Shown: positions 37,948 to 48,684, counted from the stretch's first letter. The stretch is 64,000 nucleotides of DNA from Candidatus Multivoradales bacterium (GCA_965223325.1 CBDCWI010000002.1:2912001-2976000), one strand, 5' to 3'. The notes: a model not told the origin generated them from the sequence alone. Translations and numbers: made by a program.

Positions 37948-40488
37948 CTAACGCCTGGCGTGACGCAGTCCAAAGAGCGCCGGCAGGAGCGTGATCGAAA
38001 CCAGGCTGGTGGCCAGTGCTCCGAGAATGGCAGCGAAACCGATCGACCGCAGCCCCGGGTAACTCGACAGCGACAGCGAGCCAAACCCGACACTCGTCGA
38101 GAGTGCCGCCATGACGATCGCTTTGCCGGTCTCTTCGAGCCCTGAGCGCAGATCGTCGGAGGCTCTGCTCGCCAGCTCGCGAAAGCGGTGCACCATATGG
38201 ACACCGTAGTCGACACCGATTCCGATGATCATCGTGGCCACGAAAACGTTGAAGAAGTTCATTTTCTGGCCCAGAGCCGCCATGCCCGCGAGCATCCAGG
38301 TGACCCCGACTACCAGGGGCGCGAGCGAATAGAGAGCGTCGTCGATGCGCCTGAAGTCGATACACAGCATGATGGCCACGATCACGAAGCCGAGTACCGC
38401 GGCCACCACCGCGTCTTCGAGGATCTGGTTGCGCAGGGTCTCACTCACCCGGTTGACACCCGTTAGCACGACGGACCCACCGTCGACCTCCGCCGCCAGT
38501 TGCTCGGCAATGCGGAGGACTCCGGGCGGTGCCTCACGTTTCCAGGTCCTGGGGGGTGGGTGCAGGTAGACAACGCTCTTCCAGACTCCCTCGTCCTCTC
38601 GCAGGTAGCGACCGAGCAGCCGACGAGTCATCGGGGCGGCAGCGAACTCGTAAAAGCCCACCGGCTTGGCCTCCGCTGCTTGACGATAAAGCTCCAGACC
38701 CCGTTCGAAGCCAGACGCCGACAAGCCAACCTCGGCGGCGGCTCGTTGAAAGGAACCAAGGACCCGCTCAGGTAGGAACGTCTCCGAATGCTCGTCGAGA
38801 AAGCGACGGGCCTTCTCCTGCTGTGCGGCCGAGGGGAGAACGTCGGAGATGCTGTCGACCGACCGCAGCTCATCGGTGCCCAGTTCACGCACCATCGCCA
38901 TCGCGCGCTCGGTCAACCCGAGCACCGCTGCTTCACTGTCGGCTTCCAAGACCAGCATCATGTAGTCGAAGCCCGACCCGAACTTCTCCCCCACCTCGCT
39001 TTCGATCATCACCCCCCGGTTGTCGCTCGGGCGCAGGTCACGAATGCTGTCCTCGAACTCGAGACCGCGGGCCAGAAAAGCCGCAACTGCAGAGAGGAGC
39101 AACCCTGCAGCCAGAACCGGCCAGGGATGACGGTAGGAGAAGCGAACCAGGCGCTTGGAGCCGAACCCGTGGAGAAAGCGCTTCATTGGCTTCCGGCGGG
39201 CGGTGCCCCGGTCTTCACTCCAGGCGAGGAGCGCCGGCAAGAGCACGATCACCGCGACCATGCAGAACAAGATCCCGGTCCCGACCAGAAGTCCCATCTG
39301 GCGCAGACCAGTGAACTTGGTTGCCGCAAAGGCGTAGAAGGTGGCCGCTGTGGTCATACCGCCGGTGATCACCGCGCGCCCTGAGGAGCCGGTCATCAGC
39401 GCCAACGCTTCGTCGACCGGAACACCGCGGCGACGTTCCTCGACGTACCGACCGTAGGAGACGATCACGAAGTCGATCCCGAGGCCGACGAGCAGCGCCG
39501 CAAAGCTGCTGGTGATGGCGTTGAGCAGACCGACCGTTGCACCGGCAAAGCCCAGCGCCAGAATCATGCCGCTGGCGAGGGGAACGAAGGCGTACCCGAC
39601 GACGCCAAGCCTCCTGAAGGCGAACCAGAACAGCAACAGCACCGCGACGATGGACGTACCGGCGTTGGTGATGATGTCGCGGGTCAGAGTGCCGGCGTCT
39701 GAGACGGCGGTGGCGTAGGTGCCGCCGTAGTCGACGACGGGCGGTGTGAACTCGCCGGCCCAGGACCAGTCTTCCTCGGCACGCGCCACCGCCTCGTCGA
39801 CCTCGGCGAGCAGGCGGCGGGCAAACTCGATCTCCTGCGCCGGTTCGGTTGGCCGGGCAATCAGAAGCAGCATGCTGCGGTCTGCCGAGAGTAGGTACCC
39901 GCTCGCCCAATCGACATCGAGCGCCCCCTGAGAAGCCGCCGCGCGATCGAGGAAGCTGGCCGAGATACCAAGCGGATCGAGGCGCAGAAGGGGCGCAGTC
40001 GCCAGCGACTCCGGGGTTTCGAGCAGCCGGCGGACCTCGCCAGCACGGGCGCGTATCCCATCGTCGTCGAGACGTGAAGCGACCTCACGGAGCTCTTTCT
40101 CGTCGAGGAACAAAAGGGCACTCGGAAAGTGCTCCTCCACTAGAACTTCGAGATCGGGGGCTCGATAGTCCACCGATCCGATCTCAGAGAGCGCTTCGAG
40201 CTCCTTTCCCAGCCCGTCGGCGAAATCCAGATAGGGATCAGGAACTTCGCCTTTCGGGATGCGCACCACCACCAGAAGGACATCGAGGCTCCCGAAATCG
40301 GAGAGTGCCTCGCGAAAGGTGCGCACCACCGGATCGTCCTGCGGCAGGAGATTGAGAACCTCGGTGTCCACCTGAAGCCGGCTGGCCAAGAACACCGAAA
40401 CAGCGAGCAGCACAACGAGCACAGCGAACACCAACCGATAGTGACCGCGAGCGTAGCGCGCCGAAAGCTCCAGCCAACGTTCGATCAT
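37948..40488 (-). CDS. MMPL/RND-family exporter
   Basis: Two repeats of TM plus periplasmic domain; GLGIDF and GIGVDY motifs. Confidence 0.9.
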   Translation of the reverse strand: MIERWLELSARYARGHYRLVFAVLVVLLAVSVFLASRLQVDTEVLNLLPQDDPVVRTFREALSDFGSLDVLLVVVRIPKGEVPDPYLDFADGLGKELEALSEIGSVDYRAPDLEVLVEEHFPSALLFLDEKELREVASRLDDDGIRARAGEVRRLLETPESLATAPLLRLDPLGISASFLDRAAASQGALDVDWASGYLLSADRSMLLLIARPTEPAQEIEFARRLLAEVDEAVARAEEDWSWAGEFTPPVVDYGGTYATAVSDAGTLTRDIITNAGTSIVAVLLLFWFAFRRLGVVGYAFVPLASGMILALGFAGATVGLLNAITSSFAALLVGLGIDFVIVSYGRYVEERRRGVPVDEALALMTGSSGRAVITGGMTTAATFYAFAATKFTGLRQMGLLVGTGILFCMVAVIVLLPALLAWSEDRGTARRKPMKRFLHGFGSKRLVRFSYRHPWPVLAAGLLLSAVAAFLARGLEFEDSIRDLRPSDNRGVMIESEVGEKFGSGFDYMMLVLEADSEAAVLGLTERAMAMVRELGTDELRSVDSISDVLPSAAQQEKARRFLDEHSETFLPERVLGSFQRAAAEVGLSASGFERGLELYRQAAEAKPVGFYEFAAAPMTRRLLGRYLREDEGVWKSVVYLHPPPRTWKREAPPGVLRIAEQLAAEVDGGSVVLTGVNRVSETLRNQILEDAVVAAVLGFVIVAIMLCIDFRRIDDALYSLAPLVVGVTWMLAGMAALGQKMNFFNVFVATMIIGIGVDYGVHMVHRFRELASRASDDLRSGLEETGKAIVMAALSTSVGFGSLSLSSYPGLRSIGFAAILGALATSLVSITLLPALFGLRHARR

Positions 40489-40542
40489 GCTCTAAGACTT
40501 CGCAGAAGAGACATCAGTAGACGAAGCGGACCGCCGAAGGCG

Positions 40543-41085
40543 TCAGTCCGTTGCTTCGCGGAGGACCTGCCGGTTCTTGACGAAGTACTCGACACCGGAG
40601 ACCACGGTCGCAACCAACGCCAACCAGAGCGCGAGGTTCGCCAGCCAGGCAAAATCGCCGAGCAACCGCTGCACGATGAGCAGCGAGATCGCCACCACTT
40701 GCAAGACGGTCTTGATCTTGCCGGAGTTGGCTGCCGCCAACACCAGACTGCGTGACGCAGCCACGCTACGAAGTGCCGAGACCGCAAACTCCCGCGCCAG
40801 AATGATCACCACCATCCAGGCGGGCGCAAGACCGAGCCCAACAAGCGAAACAAAGGCTGCCGACATCAAGATCTTGTCGGCTGCCGGGTCGAGCAACTTG
40901 CCGAGGTTGGTGACCTGACGCCGACGGCGAGCGAGGAAACCGTCGAGGAAGTCGGTCGCCGCCGCGATCAGAAAGATCGCCAACGCAACCAGCGACTTGC
41001 CTTCGAACTCGGTCAAGAGCACTGCCACCAGAAACGGCACCATCAGGATGCGACCGAGGGTCAGGATGTTCGGAAGGTTCCACAT
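40543..41085 (-). CDS. pgsA: CDP-diacylglycerol--glycerol-3-phosphate 3-phosphatidyltransferase
   Basis: NLPNILTLGRI, TDFLDGFLAR, GKLLDPAADK. Confidence 0.95.
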   Translation of the reverse strand: MWNLPNILTLGRILMVPFLVAVLLTEFEGKSLVALAIFLIAAATDFLDGFLARRRRQVTNLGKLLDPAADKILMSAAFVSLVGLGLAPAWMVVIILAREFAVSALRSVAASRSLVLAAANSGKIKTVLQVVAISLLIVQRLLGDFAWLANLALWLALVATVVSGVEYFVKNRQVLREATD

Positions 41086-41217
41086 GTCGGGTTCGACTCG
41101 AGGCATTTCGGCGGCGCGACTACACCTGGTCCGGCGCAAAGGGGAGTTGGTCGTGTCCGGACCCGAGGTCCGGCCCTGGCTCTACCGATTCGACCTCGGG
41201 TCTAGGGTTCTCGAGGC

Positions 41218-41982
41218 TCAGTCCTGGGTGACCAACTCGATGGTGTTGCCCGGACCGCGCCTCATGACGACCGCCCGACCGCGAGAACTCGAGCCGCCTG
41301 CCGCGCCATAGCCGCGGCCGCTGTAGAGGCCCATGACCTTCTCGACATAGCGCTTGGTTTCTGCGTAAGGCGGAACCCTACCGTATCGGTCGACCGCGGT
41401 TGGCCCGGCGTTGTAACCGGCCAGCGCCAACCGCAGGTCGCCACCGAAGCGATCGAGCAATTGACGCAGATAGCGCGTACCGCCGTCGATGTTGTGCGCC
41501 GGATCCCAGGCGTCATCCACTCCGAGTTCCGCCGCGGTGGCAGGCATCAGCTGCATCAAACCCATCGCGCCCTTGTTCGAACGCGCACGCGGGTTGAAAT
41601 AGGACTCGACCTGGATGACCGCCGTCACCAGACGCGGATCGAGGCCGCGTTGCTGGGACCAGTAGTTGATCAGGGTTGCGAAGGGAGGGTTCTCGCGCAG
41701 CCGCACCGTTGTCACACCGCGCCGACGCGGTGCGACCGAAAGCGCGGGGGCGTTCTTGCTGGCGCGTCGTGAGGTACCCGGTTGCGGGGTGTTGACGATC
41801 GTGCGGATGCCGTCCGCACCACGGGTGATGCGGATCTCTCCACCCGCAGCGCCGGCTTCGGCAGCCGCTCCGGACGGCCCGACAATAGAAAGCAACAAGA
41901 GTCCCGCCGCGGCCAGAAACGGCCACCGACGGCGCAAAGCAACCGCCGCAACACGAGAGGCCAGCTCGGGCGTGTGCATCAT
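41218..41982 (-). CDS. Lytic transglycosylase (SLT domain)
   Basis: VIQVES, GAMGLMQLMP, LAGYNAG, ETKRYV. Confidence 0.93.
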   Translation of the reverse strand: MMHTPELASRVAAVALRRRWPFLAAAGLLLLSIVGPSGAAAEAGAAGGEIRITRGADGIRTIVNTPQPGTSRRASKNAPALSVAPRRRGVTTVRLRENPPFATLINYWSQQRGLDPRLVTAVIQVESYFNPRARSNKGAMGLMQLMPATAAELGVDDAWDPAHNIDGGTRYLRQLLDRFGGDLRLALAGYNAGPTAVDRYGRVPPYAETKRYVEKVMGLYSGRGYGAAGGSSSRGRAVVMRRGPGNTIELVTQD

Positions 41983-44672
41983 GTGGTCGCGCCCTCGCCT
42001 GTCTCGCCGGTGACCTGCTCGCGAACCGCCTCGGGTACCATCGCCAGCGCTTCGTCCAGTTTCTCGGGCAGCTTTCCGCCAGCCTGCGCGAAATCGGCCC
42101 TGCCGCCGCCGCTGCCACCAACCAGACTGGCAAGACTGCGCACGAGTTGACCGGCGTTTATGCGGTCGGTTAGATCAGAGCTCACGGCAGCGATGAGATT
42201 GACCTTGGCGTCGCCCCGTACACCGAGAACCACGACGCCTGACCCGAGTCGGCCCCGCAACACGTCGGCGAGGTTGCGCAGCTCACCGGCCGGCGCCTCC
42301 GGGACCTCGCGGGTGAGAACGCGCACCCCTTCGACCACGGCCTCGCCGTCGTCTTCACTGCTCGAGCCACCCGACATGAGTTTCATGCGCATCTTCGACA
42401 GCTCGCGTTCCTGCTCCTTGAGCCTGTCCTTGAGCTGACCGACCTCGGCGGCGGCATTCTCGGCCGAGGTGCCAAGCTCTTGCAGGGCGGCATGCAGATA
42501 CTGAGACTGTAGGCGTCGCCACTCCTCGGCCACCGATCCGGCAAGCGCTTCGATGCGGCGCACACCCGAGGCGATGCCCCGCTCGCCGGTGATGACGAAC
42601 TCTCCAATCGTGCCCGAGTTGGGTACGTGACAGCCACCGCAGAGCTCGAGACTGAAGCCTGGCACCTCGACCGTCCGCACGACGGCACCGTACTTCTCAC
42701 CGAACAGCGCCATCGCGCCAGCATCGACAGCCTCTTGATACGAACGCTCGGCAATGGCGATCGGCACCGCCCGCCGAACCCACTCATTGACCAGGCGTTC
42801 GACCTCCTCGCGATCCTCGGCCTGGAGAGGAGAGCCGTGAGTGAAGTCGAAGCGCAGACGCTCGGGGTGTACCAGCGAACCGGCCTGGCGCACACCCTCT
42901 CCGAGACGCTCACGCAGCGCGGCGTGCAAGAGATGGGTCGCCGTGTGATGCCGTTCGGTGTCACGACGCAACCGCCTGTCGACGCGCTGGGTCACCGGCT
43001 CGCCAGTCGCCAACGTGCCCTCCGTCACGGCGATCTCGAGCAGGAACAAGCCCGCCTGGCGCTGGACGTCGAGAACCACGGCCCGGCCGTTCGGCCCCTC
43101 GAGCTCGCCGCGGTCGCCGACCTGGCCGCCAGACTCGCCGTAGAAGACCGAGCGCGCTATCGCCGCAAACCCCGTTTCACCAGACGTCAGCGTATCGGTC
43201 GCCGCGAGTTCGCCGTCTTGGGCAAGGCGCACGAGAGCGGTCAACGGCTCATCGCTAAGCACCAGCTCGGCGTAACCCAGGAACTCGGTCTCTGGAAGGC
43301 CTGCCCCAGAACCTGCCGGCGCCATCAACGCGCGCACGGCTCCCAGATCCACTCGGTTGCTGCCGCCCGCGGCGCGCGAACGCTCGCGAGCAGCCTCGAG
43401 TTCGGCGACGAAGCCGTCTTCGTCGATCTCAAATTGCTCCTCTTCGGCGATCTCGCGCAGCACATCGATGGGTAGACCGCGGGTGTCGTAGAAGTGGAAG
43501 ACCGTCGCACCGGTGAGAGTGTCCTCACCGCGCGCCCGGGCCTCTTCGATCGCCTCTTGCACCTTCTGAGCTCCACTCGCGACGGTGGTGAGGAACTTCT
43601 CTTCTTCGGCGGTAATGGTTGCCAGCGAAGCGGCTCGAGTCTGCTCGAGCTGCGGATACGCCGAGCCCATGACGTCACCTAGAACCGGTAGAAGTGAACC
43701 CACAAAGGGCTCTTCGAAGCCGAGGCGCATGCCATGGCGAACTGCACGGCGTAGGAGCCGGCGCAAGACGTAGCCACGACCGTCGTTGGCTGGAATGACG
43801 CCATCGGCAAGCAGGAAGGCCGAGGCACGCAGGTGGTCGGCGATCACCCGCAGCGAAACGTCAGCGCTGGCATCCTGGCCGTAGCCTGTGCCAGCAGAAG
43901 CGGCAGCAGCGTGAAGAATCGGCTGAAAGAGGTCGGTGTCGTAGTTCGACTTGACACCCTGGAGAACTGCCGCCACCCGTTCGAGCCCGGAGCCGGTGTC
44001 GATCGACGGGTTGGGAAGCGGCTCGAGGCTCCCGTCAAGAGAGCGCTCGAACTGCATGAAGACCAGATTCCAGATCTCTACGTAGCGCCCCGAGCCCTCG
44101 CCCTCTCCGAACGGCACCTTCGGTGTTTCGGGAAACAAGTCGACGAAGATCTCGCTACAGGGCCCGCAGGGCCCGGTATCGCCCATCGCCCAGAAGTTGT
44201 CCTTCTCGCCACAGCGATTGATGCGTTCGGGAGGCAGGCTCGAGATCTTGGCCCACAGCTCGGCGGCCTCGTCGTCTTCACGGAAGACGGTCGCAAAGAG
44301 GTGATCGGGGTCGAGCCCCCAGACTCGCGTGACCAGGTCCCAGCCGAACTCGATCGCCTCGGCTTTGAAGTAGTCGCCGAACGAGAAGTTGCCGAGCATC
44401 TCGAAGAAGGTGTGGTGTCGCGGACTCGGCCCGACGTTCTCGAGGTCGTTGTGCTTGCCCGAGACGCGCAGACACTTCTGCGAGGTCACCGCGCGCGGCA
44501 CCTCGGGGGTCACTGCGCCGGTGAACCAGTCCTTGAACTGGACCATGCCAGCGTTGACGAACAAGAGGGTCGGGTCGTCTTGGGGAACCAGCGGCGCGCT
44601 CGCGATCTGGTGATGGCCTCGCTCCTCGAAGTAGTCGAGGAAACTCTGGCGGATGTCGTTGCTGCTCTGCAC
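41979..44672 (-). CDS. alaS: Alanine--tRNA ligase
   Basis: DPTLLFVNAGMVQFK, HHTFFEMLGNFSFGDYFK, HTATHLL, ELCGGCH. Confidence 0.99.
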   Translation of the reverse strand: MQSSNDIRQSFLDYFEERGHHQIASAPLVPQDDPTLLFVNAGMVQFKDWFTGAVTPEVPRAVTSQKCLRVSGKHNDLENVGPSPRHHTFFEMLGNFSFGDYFKAEAIEFGWDLVTRVWGLDPDHLFATVFREDDEAAELWAKISSLPPERINRCGEKDNFWAMGDTGPCGPCSEIFVDLFPETPKVPFGEGEGSGRYVEIWNLVFMQFERSLDGSLEPLPNPSIDTGSGLERVAAVLQGVKSNYDTDLFQPILHAAAASAGTGYGQDASADVSLRVIADHLRASAFLLADGVIPANDGRGYVLRRLLRRAVRHGMRLGFEEPFVGSLLPVLGDVMGSAYPQLEQTRAASLATITAEEEKFLTTVASGAQKVQEAIEEARARGEDTLTGATVFHFYDTRGLPIDVLREIAEEEQFEIDEDGFVAELEAARERSRAAGGSNRVDLGAVRALMAPAGSGAGLPETEFLGYAELVLSDEPLTALVRLAQDGELAATDTLTSGETGFAAIARSVFYGESGGQVGDRGELEGPNGRAVVLDVQRQAGLFLLEIAVTEGTLATGEPVTQRVDRRLRRDTERHHTATHLLHAALRERLGEGVRQAGSLVHPERLRFDFTHGSPLQAEDREEVERLVNEWVRRAVPIAIAERSYQEAVDAGAMALFGEKYGAVVRTVEVPGFSLELCGGCHVPNSGTIGEFVITGERGIASGVRRIEALAGSVAEEWRRLQSQYLHAALQELGTSAENAAAEVGQLKDRLKEQERELSKMRMKLMSGGSSSEDDGEAVVEGVRVLTREVPEAPAGELRNLADVLRGRLGSGVVVLGVRGDAKVNLIAAVSSDLTDRINAGQLVRSLASLVGGSGGGRADFAQAGGKLPEKLDEALAMVPEAVREQVTGETGEGATT

Positions 44673-44763
44673 GTCTGGATCTCAGGTCAAGAACGGTCGG
44701 GAGAAGGCCGGCTGAGGAGAGAGGCGCTTGCGGGGCGCCAAGAAGAGTCGCGAGCCGAAAGGC

Positions 44764-45231
44764 TCAGCCCTCGAGAATGTCCAGAATGATACGCGTCCCA
44801 AACCCCTTGCGCTCCAGGTGACGGCCGAGTGCCTCGCGATCGACATCGTCGCCACTCCGTGCACGGAACCGCTCAGCCGCTTCCAGGGCACCAGCCATCT
44901 CAGCCTCACGATCGATCAGGCGAAGCGCCGCCTCGACATGATCAGCGTCGACCCCGCGACGAAACAGTTGTGCGCGCAGCTTCGTCGAGCCAATCGGTCC
45001 TCGCCGCAAACGCGATTCAACAAACGCCTTGGCAGTCTCGGCATCGTCGACGAAACGCTCCTCGAGCAAGCGGCGCATGGTGGACGAGATCTCCTCGTCG
45101 TCGTACTCGCGCTTGCGCAGCTTGGCCTCTAGCTCCGCCTGGAAGTGCGGCCGGCGCGCAAGAAGGTCGAGCGCCTTGTCGCGGCAAGGCGGCCGTTCAC
45201 CGAGTCGAGAGTTCAAGAGAGAATCTCCCAT
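44764..45231 (-). CDS. recX: Regulatory protein RecX
   Basis: ALDLLARR...ELEAKL, DDAETA, G...LRAQLFRRGV, LERKGF; upstream of alaS. Confidence 0.88.
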   Translation of the reverse strand: MGDSLLNSRLGERPPCRDKALDLLARRPHFQAELEAKLRKREYDDEEISSTMRRLLEERFVDDAETAKAFVESRLRRGPIGSTKLRAQLFRRGVDADHVEAALRLIDREAEMAGALEAAERFRARSGDDVDREALGRHLERKGFGTRIILDILEG

Positions 45232-45389
45232 GAGACACCGACATTCGATCGCTGGCTTCAGCCCAGGGGGGAGAAGACCATGATTGAGAGTCGTGGTAAC
45301 GACCCGACCTACCCACGACGACGTACCTCCGGAGCAGGACGATACACAACACAAGGAGCGCAACGCAGGCCGTCCACCACGACTCGCAA

Positions 45390-46601
45390 CTAGTCGCCGA
45401 TGCGCTCGATCTGGAAGGCGTCGTCGATGCTGCCGAGGCTGTCGAGATCGTCGCCCCCGAGAATGTCGTCGCCGCCGACCATCTGAGTTTGTGAATCCAT
45501 CTCTTCGCGCGCTACGTCGGCGGTCGACTGGACACCTTCCAGCTTCAACTTGAACTCGTCCGGGTTGGTGGCGCGTTCGAGGGCGTCTTCGAGGGTGATC
45601 AAGCCACCCTTGTAGAGGTTGTAGAGCGACTGATCGAAGGTCTGCATGCCGTACTGGCTGGTGCCGGCCTTGATCTGATCGCGGATGTACTTGGTCTTGT
45701 CTTTGTTCTCGATGCAGTCGCGAATGTAGGGCGTGCAGATCATCACCTCGACAGCCGGCACACGGCCGATGCCGTCGGCGCGCGGCACCAGGCGCATCGA
45801 GATGACCGCCTTGAGAACCTGCGCCAGCTGAATGCGAATCTGCTTCTGGTGGTGCGGCGGAAAGACCGAGATGATGCGGGTGATCGTCTCCATCGCATCC
45901 AGAGTGTGCAGGGTCGAGAACACGAGATGACCGGTTTCCGCTGCCAGCAGCGCAGTTTCGATGGTCTCGAAGTCGCGCATTTCGCCGACCAGAATGACGT
46001 CCGGATCCTGGCGGAGGGCGGCGCGCAGAGCGGGCGAGAACCCGCGAGTGTCGACTTCGAGTTCACGCTGGTTGACGATCGACTTCTTGTCGCGATGGAG
46101 ATACTCGATCGGATCCTCAATGGTGATGATGTGGTCCGGCCGGTTACCGTTGATGTGGTCGATCATCGCCGCCAGAGAGGTCGACTTACCGGAACCCGTG
46201 GTTCCGGTGACCAACACCAGGCCGCGCCGCTCTTCGCAGATGCCCTCGATCACCGGCGGCAGCATCAACTCGCGCACCGTCAACACGCGAGCAGGAATGA
46301 CGCGCATCACCAACCCGACGGTGCCGCGCTGCTGAAACACGTTGCAACGGAACCGACCGAGCCCAGGTACCGAGTACGCGATGTCGAGTTCGAGCTCTTC
46401 CTTGAAGCGCTGCTTCTGACGCGCGTTCATCATCGAGAAGGCCATCGACACCGTGTCTTCCTGCATCAGCCGCTTCATCTCGTTGAGCGGGCGCAGCTCA
46501 CCGTCGATACGGACGACCGGCGGGCTACCGACCTTCAAATGGAGATCGGAGGCCTTGTTTTCGACCGCGACCTTGAGCAGTTCGTTGATGTTCAGCGACA
46601 T
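45390..46601 (-). CDS. pilT: Type IV pilus retraction ATPase (PilT/PilU family)
   Basis: ASDLHL, GRFRCNVF, GTTGSGKST, TIEDPIE, LRQDPDVILVGEMRD, GMQTFDQSL. Confidence 0.93.
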   Translation of the reverse strand: MSLNINELLKVAVENKASDLHLKVGSPPVVRIDGELRPLNEMKRLMQEDTVSMAFSMMNARQKQRFKEELELDIAYSVPGLGRFRCNVFQQRGTVGLVMRVIPARVLTVRELMLPPVIEGICEERRGLVLVTGTTGSGKSTSLAAMIDHINGNRPDHIITIEDPIEYLHRDKKSIVNQRELEVDTRGFSPALRAALRQDPDVILVGEMRDFETIETALLAAETGHLVFSTLHTLDAMETITRIISVFPPHHQKQIRIQLAQVLKAVISMRLVPRADGIGRVPAVEVMICTPYIRDCIENKDKTKYIRDQIKAGTSQYGMQTFDQSLYNLYKGGLITLEDALERATNPDEFKLKLEGVQSTADVAREEMDSQTQMVGGDDILGGDDLDSLGSIDDAFQIERIGD

Positions 46602-46694
46602 GAGGCGGGACCTCTCTTACGGAAGGGAAGGCTGAAGTGGCGGAGAAAGGGTTGCGATTCGAGCGTCTCGCAACCGGTGCCGAGCCTAGGAATC

Positions 46695-47465
46695 CTAGCT
46701 TTTTGGGGAGCTCTGGTCAACCGAAGCCTGTTCGAGCTCCGTCGACGCGGCGGCGGGTGTCACGGCCAGGGCTGCCGCCGTGATGGCCGCGGTTTCCACC
46801 CGCAAAGTGCGCGGGCCAAGCCACCAGGGCGCCACGTCGATCGCCCTGAGGGCGGCGAGCTCCTCGGCCGTAAAGCCCCCCTCCGGGCCGACCACGACGT
46901 GTAGTGGGTTTAGACCCCCCACGGGGTCGGGCAAAGGTCCCGGGCACGACGGATCGAGCACCAGTGCCTCGGCCCGCGGGTCCTCGAGCTCGCCCAGGAG
47001 TTCTTGCCACGAAAGCGGCGGCACGATCTCTGGAAGTGTCGCGCCGCCGCATTGTTCGAGAGCAGCTGCGGCCACCCGTTCAAGGCGTGCCAGGTGTTTG
47101 GGTCGTAACTCGCGCTGGGTGCGAGCGCTCTCGAACCAGGCGATGCCTGCGACCCCGAGCTCGGTCGCCTTCTCAACCAGCCAGGAGGCGCGCTCGAGCC
47201 GCGGTACCGCAACCCAAAGCGTCAACTCCCGCCGCGGAGCAAGCGCCGGAAGAGGATCCTCGAGGCGCACCAGGGCAACGTCTCGCTCTACGGTCACCAC
47301 GACCCCCAACCGCGCCCCACCTGCTCCGTCGACGACGCGAATCTCCTCGCCGGGGGCCAGCCGTCTAGCGCGAAAGAGATGGCGATGGGCATCGCCACGA
47401 ACTTCGACCAACGCACCGTCGAGACTCTCGGGAACGACCACCATGGTTGGTCGATGAGTCCTCAC
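46695..47465 (-). CDS. rsmE: 16S rRNA m3U1498 methyltransferase
   Basis: EKATELG, AALEQCG, VGPEGG, LGPRTLRVETAA; GTG overlaps the prmA stop. Confidence 0.93.
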   Translation of the reverse strand: MRTHRPTMVVVPESLDGALVEVRGDAHRHLFRARRLAPGEEIRVVDGAGGARLGVVVTVERDVALVRLEDPLPALAPRRELTLWVAVPRLERASWLVEKATELGVAGIAWFESARTQRELRPKHLARLERVAAAALEQCGGATLPEIVPPLSWQELLGELEDPRAEALVLDPSCPGPLPDPVGGLNPLHVVVGPEGGFTAEELAALRAIDVAPWWLGPRTLRVETAAITAAALAVTPAAASTELEQASVDQSSPKS

Positions 47466-48454
47466 CCCTTTTCCCCGTCGACACGCCCGGCGTTCGGTCT
47501 GTCGCGACCAAGAACCAGGAGTCGCCATTCGTCGATGCGATCGCACCCGTGGACGGACCAGCCGAGCTCCAGCCAGGGCTCGAGGGCTCGCGCTTCCTCG
47601 CCGTCGACGATGCCGGAGAGCCAGACGACACCACCCGGTGTCACCCGTTGGGAGATCAAAGGTACGTCTTCTTCGATGCGTTCCGGTAGAACGTTGACCA
47701 GCGCGAGGTCGAACAGCACACCCAGCCTCAGGGCGCCCATCGCACCGGCAAAAAACCGCGGGGCGCGCGCGTCGCTCGCCTCGCCGTCGACTGGCACAGC
47801 CAACGCACCAAGGTGGTCGTTGGCACTCAGCGACATCTGTGCCGCGCGCGCCGCCTCGAGGTCGACGTCTAGACCCGTGACACGAGCCGCACCGAGCGCC
47901 CAGGCAACCAGGCTGAGTATGCCCGTGCCCGTTCCCACGTCGAGCACCCGGAGAGACTGCGGGGGGTCCGCCTGTAGGCGCTCGAGCATCAGGCGGGTCG
48001 TGGCATGGCTTCCGGTACCGAACGCCTGGCGCGCAGGTACCCGAAGGCGCACCAGGCCGGCCTCGCCCTCAGAATCCAGGAAGTCGGGTTCGGTACGAGA
48101 GACCCCCAGTTCGCGCGCATCGATCAGGAACCTGCCGAGAACCTTCGGTTCGACGGCTGCGCGGTAGGGCTTCATCCAGTCCTCCGCGGGCACCACCTCC
48201 TCACAGATCAGCTGAACGCCTGCCAGGCCCGCCGCCTCCCGAAGAAAGCCCTCCGGCGCATCGTCGTCGAACCACACCTCGAGGACGGCGCGTTGCTCTC
48301 CTTCGTCGACGACCGTCACGCCCAGAGTCTGTGCCAGCCAGCATTGAGCGACGAAAGGCTCCTGGGAATCCAACACCACGTGGTAGCGCAGCTTCGTGAA
48401 GACTCTGTTTGGGAACGCCGCGGCCGCCGGAGTCTCTTCAGTTGAACCGCTCAT
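47462..48454 (-). CDS. prmA: Ribosomal protein L11 methyltransferase
   Basis: EDW, AFGTGSHATT, VLDVGTGTGIL, LSGI; follows dnaJ. Confidence 0.92.
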   Translation of the reverse strand: MSGSTEETPAAAAFPNRVFTKLRYHVVLDSQEPFVAQCWLAQTLGVTVVDEGEQRAVLEVWFDDDAPEGFLREAAGLAGVQLICEEVVPAEDWMKPYRAAVEPKVLGRFLIDARELGVSRTEPDFLDSEGEAGLVRLRVPARQAFGTGSHATTRLMLERLQADPPQSLRVLDVGTGTGILSLVAWALGAARVTGLDVDLEAARAAQMSLSANDHLGALAVPVDGEASDARAPRFFAGAMGALRLGVLFDLALVNVLPERIEEDVPLISQRVTPGGVVWLSGIVDGEEARALEPWLELGWSVHGCDRIDEWRLLVLGRDRPNAGRVDGEKG

Positions 48455-48518
48455 GGGCAGGGGTCATGCTACCGAGCCCGCGATTGCGCCGCCCAACGCT
48501 GCCGCCGCCGCGATGGGC

Positions 48519-48684
48519 CTAGTACCCCGTACCATTGAAACGCACAGCGTCTGCGCGGTCCTCGCGCTCGATCTCTGTGTTGTCACTCCTCGACAGATCA
48601 CCAATATGCCTGCGTCGTGACGCCTTGATCTCGAGCACGATCATCCGCCCAGCCACTATCCGTTTCAATGGTACGGGGTACTAG
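48519..48684. mobile_element. MITE-like element: 20-bp TIRs flanked by CTAG, no transposase
   Basis: CTAGTACCCCGTACCATTGAAACG (48519-48542) is the exact reverse complement of CGTTTCAATGGTACGGGGTACTAG (48661-48684). Confidence 0.8.
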
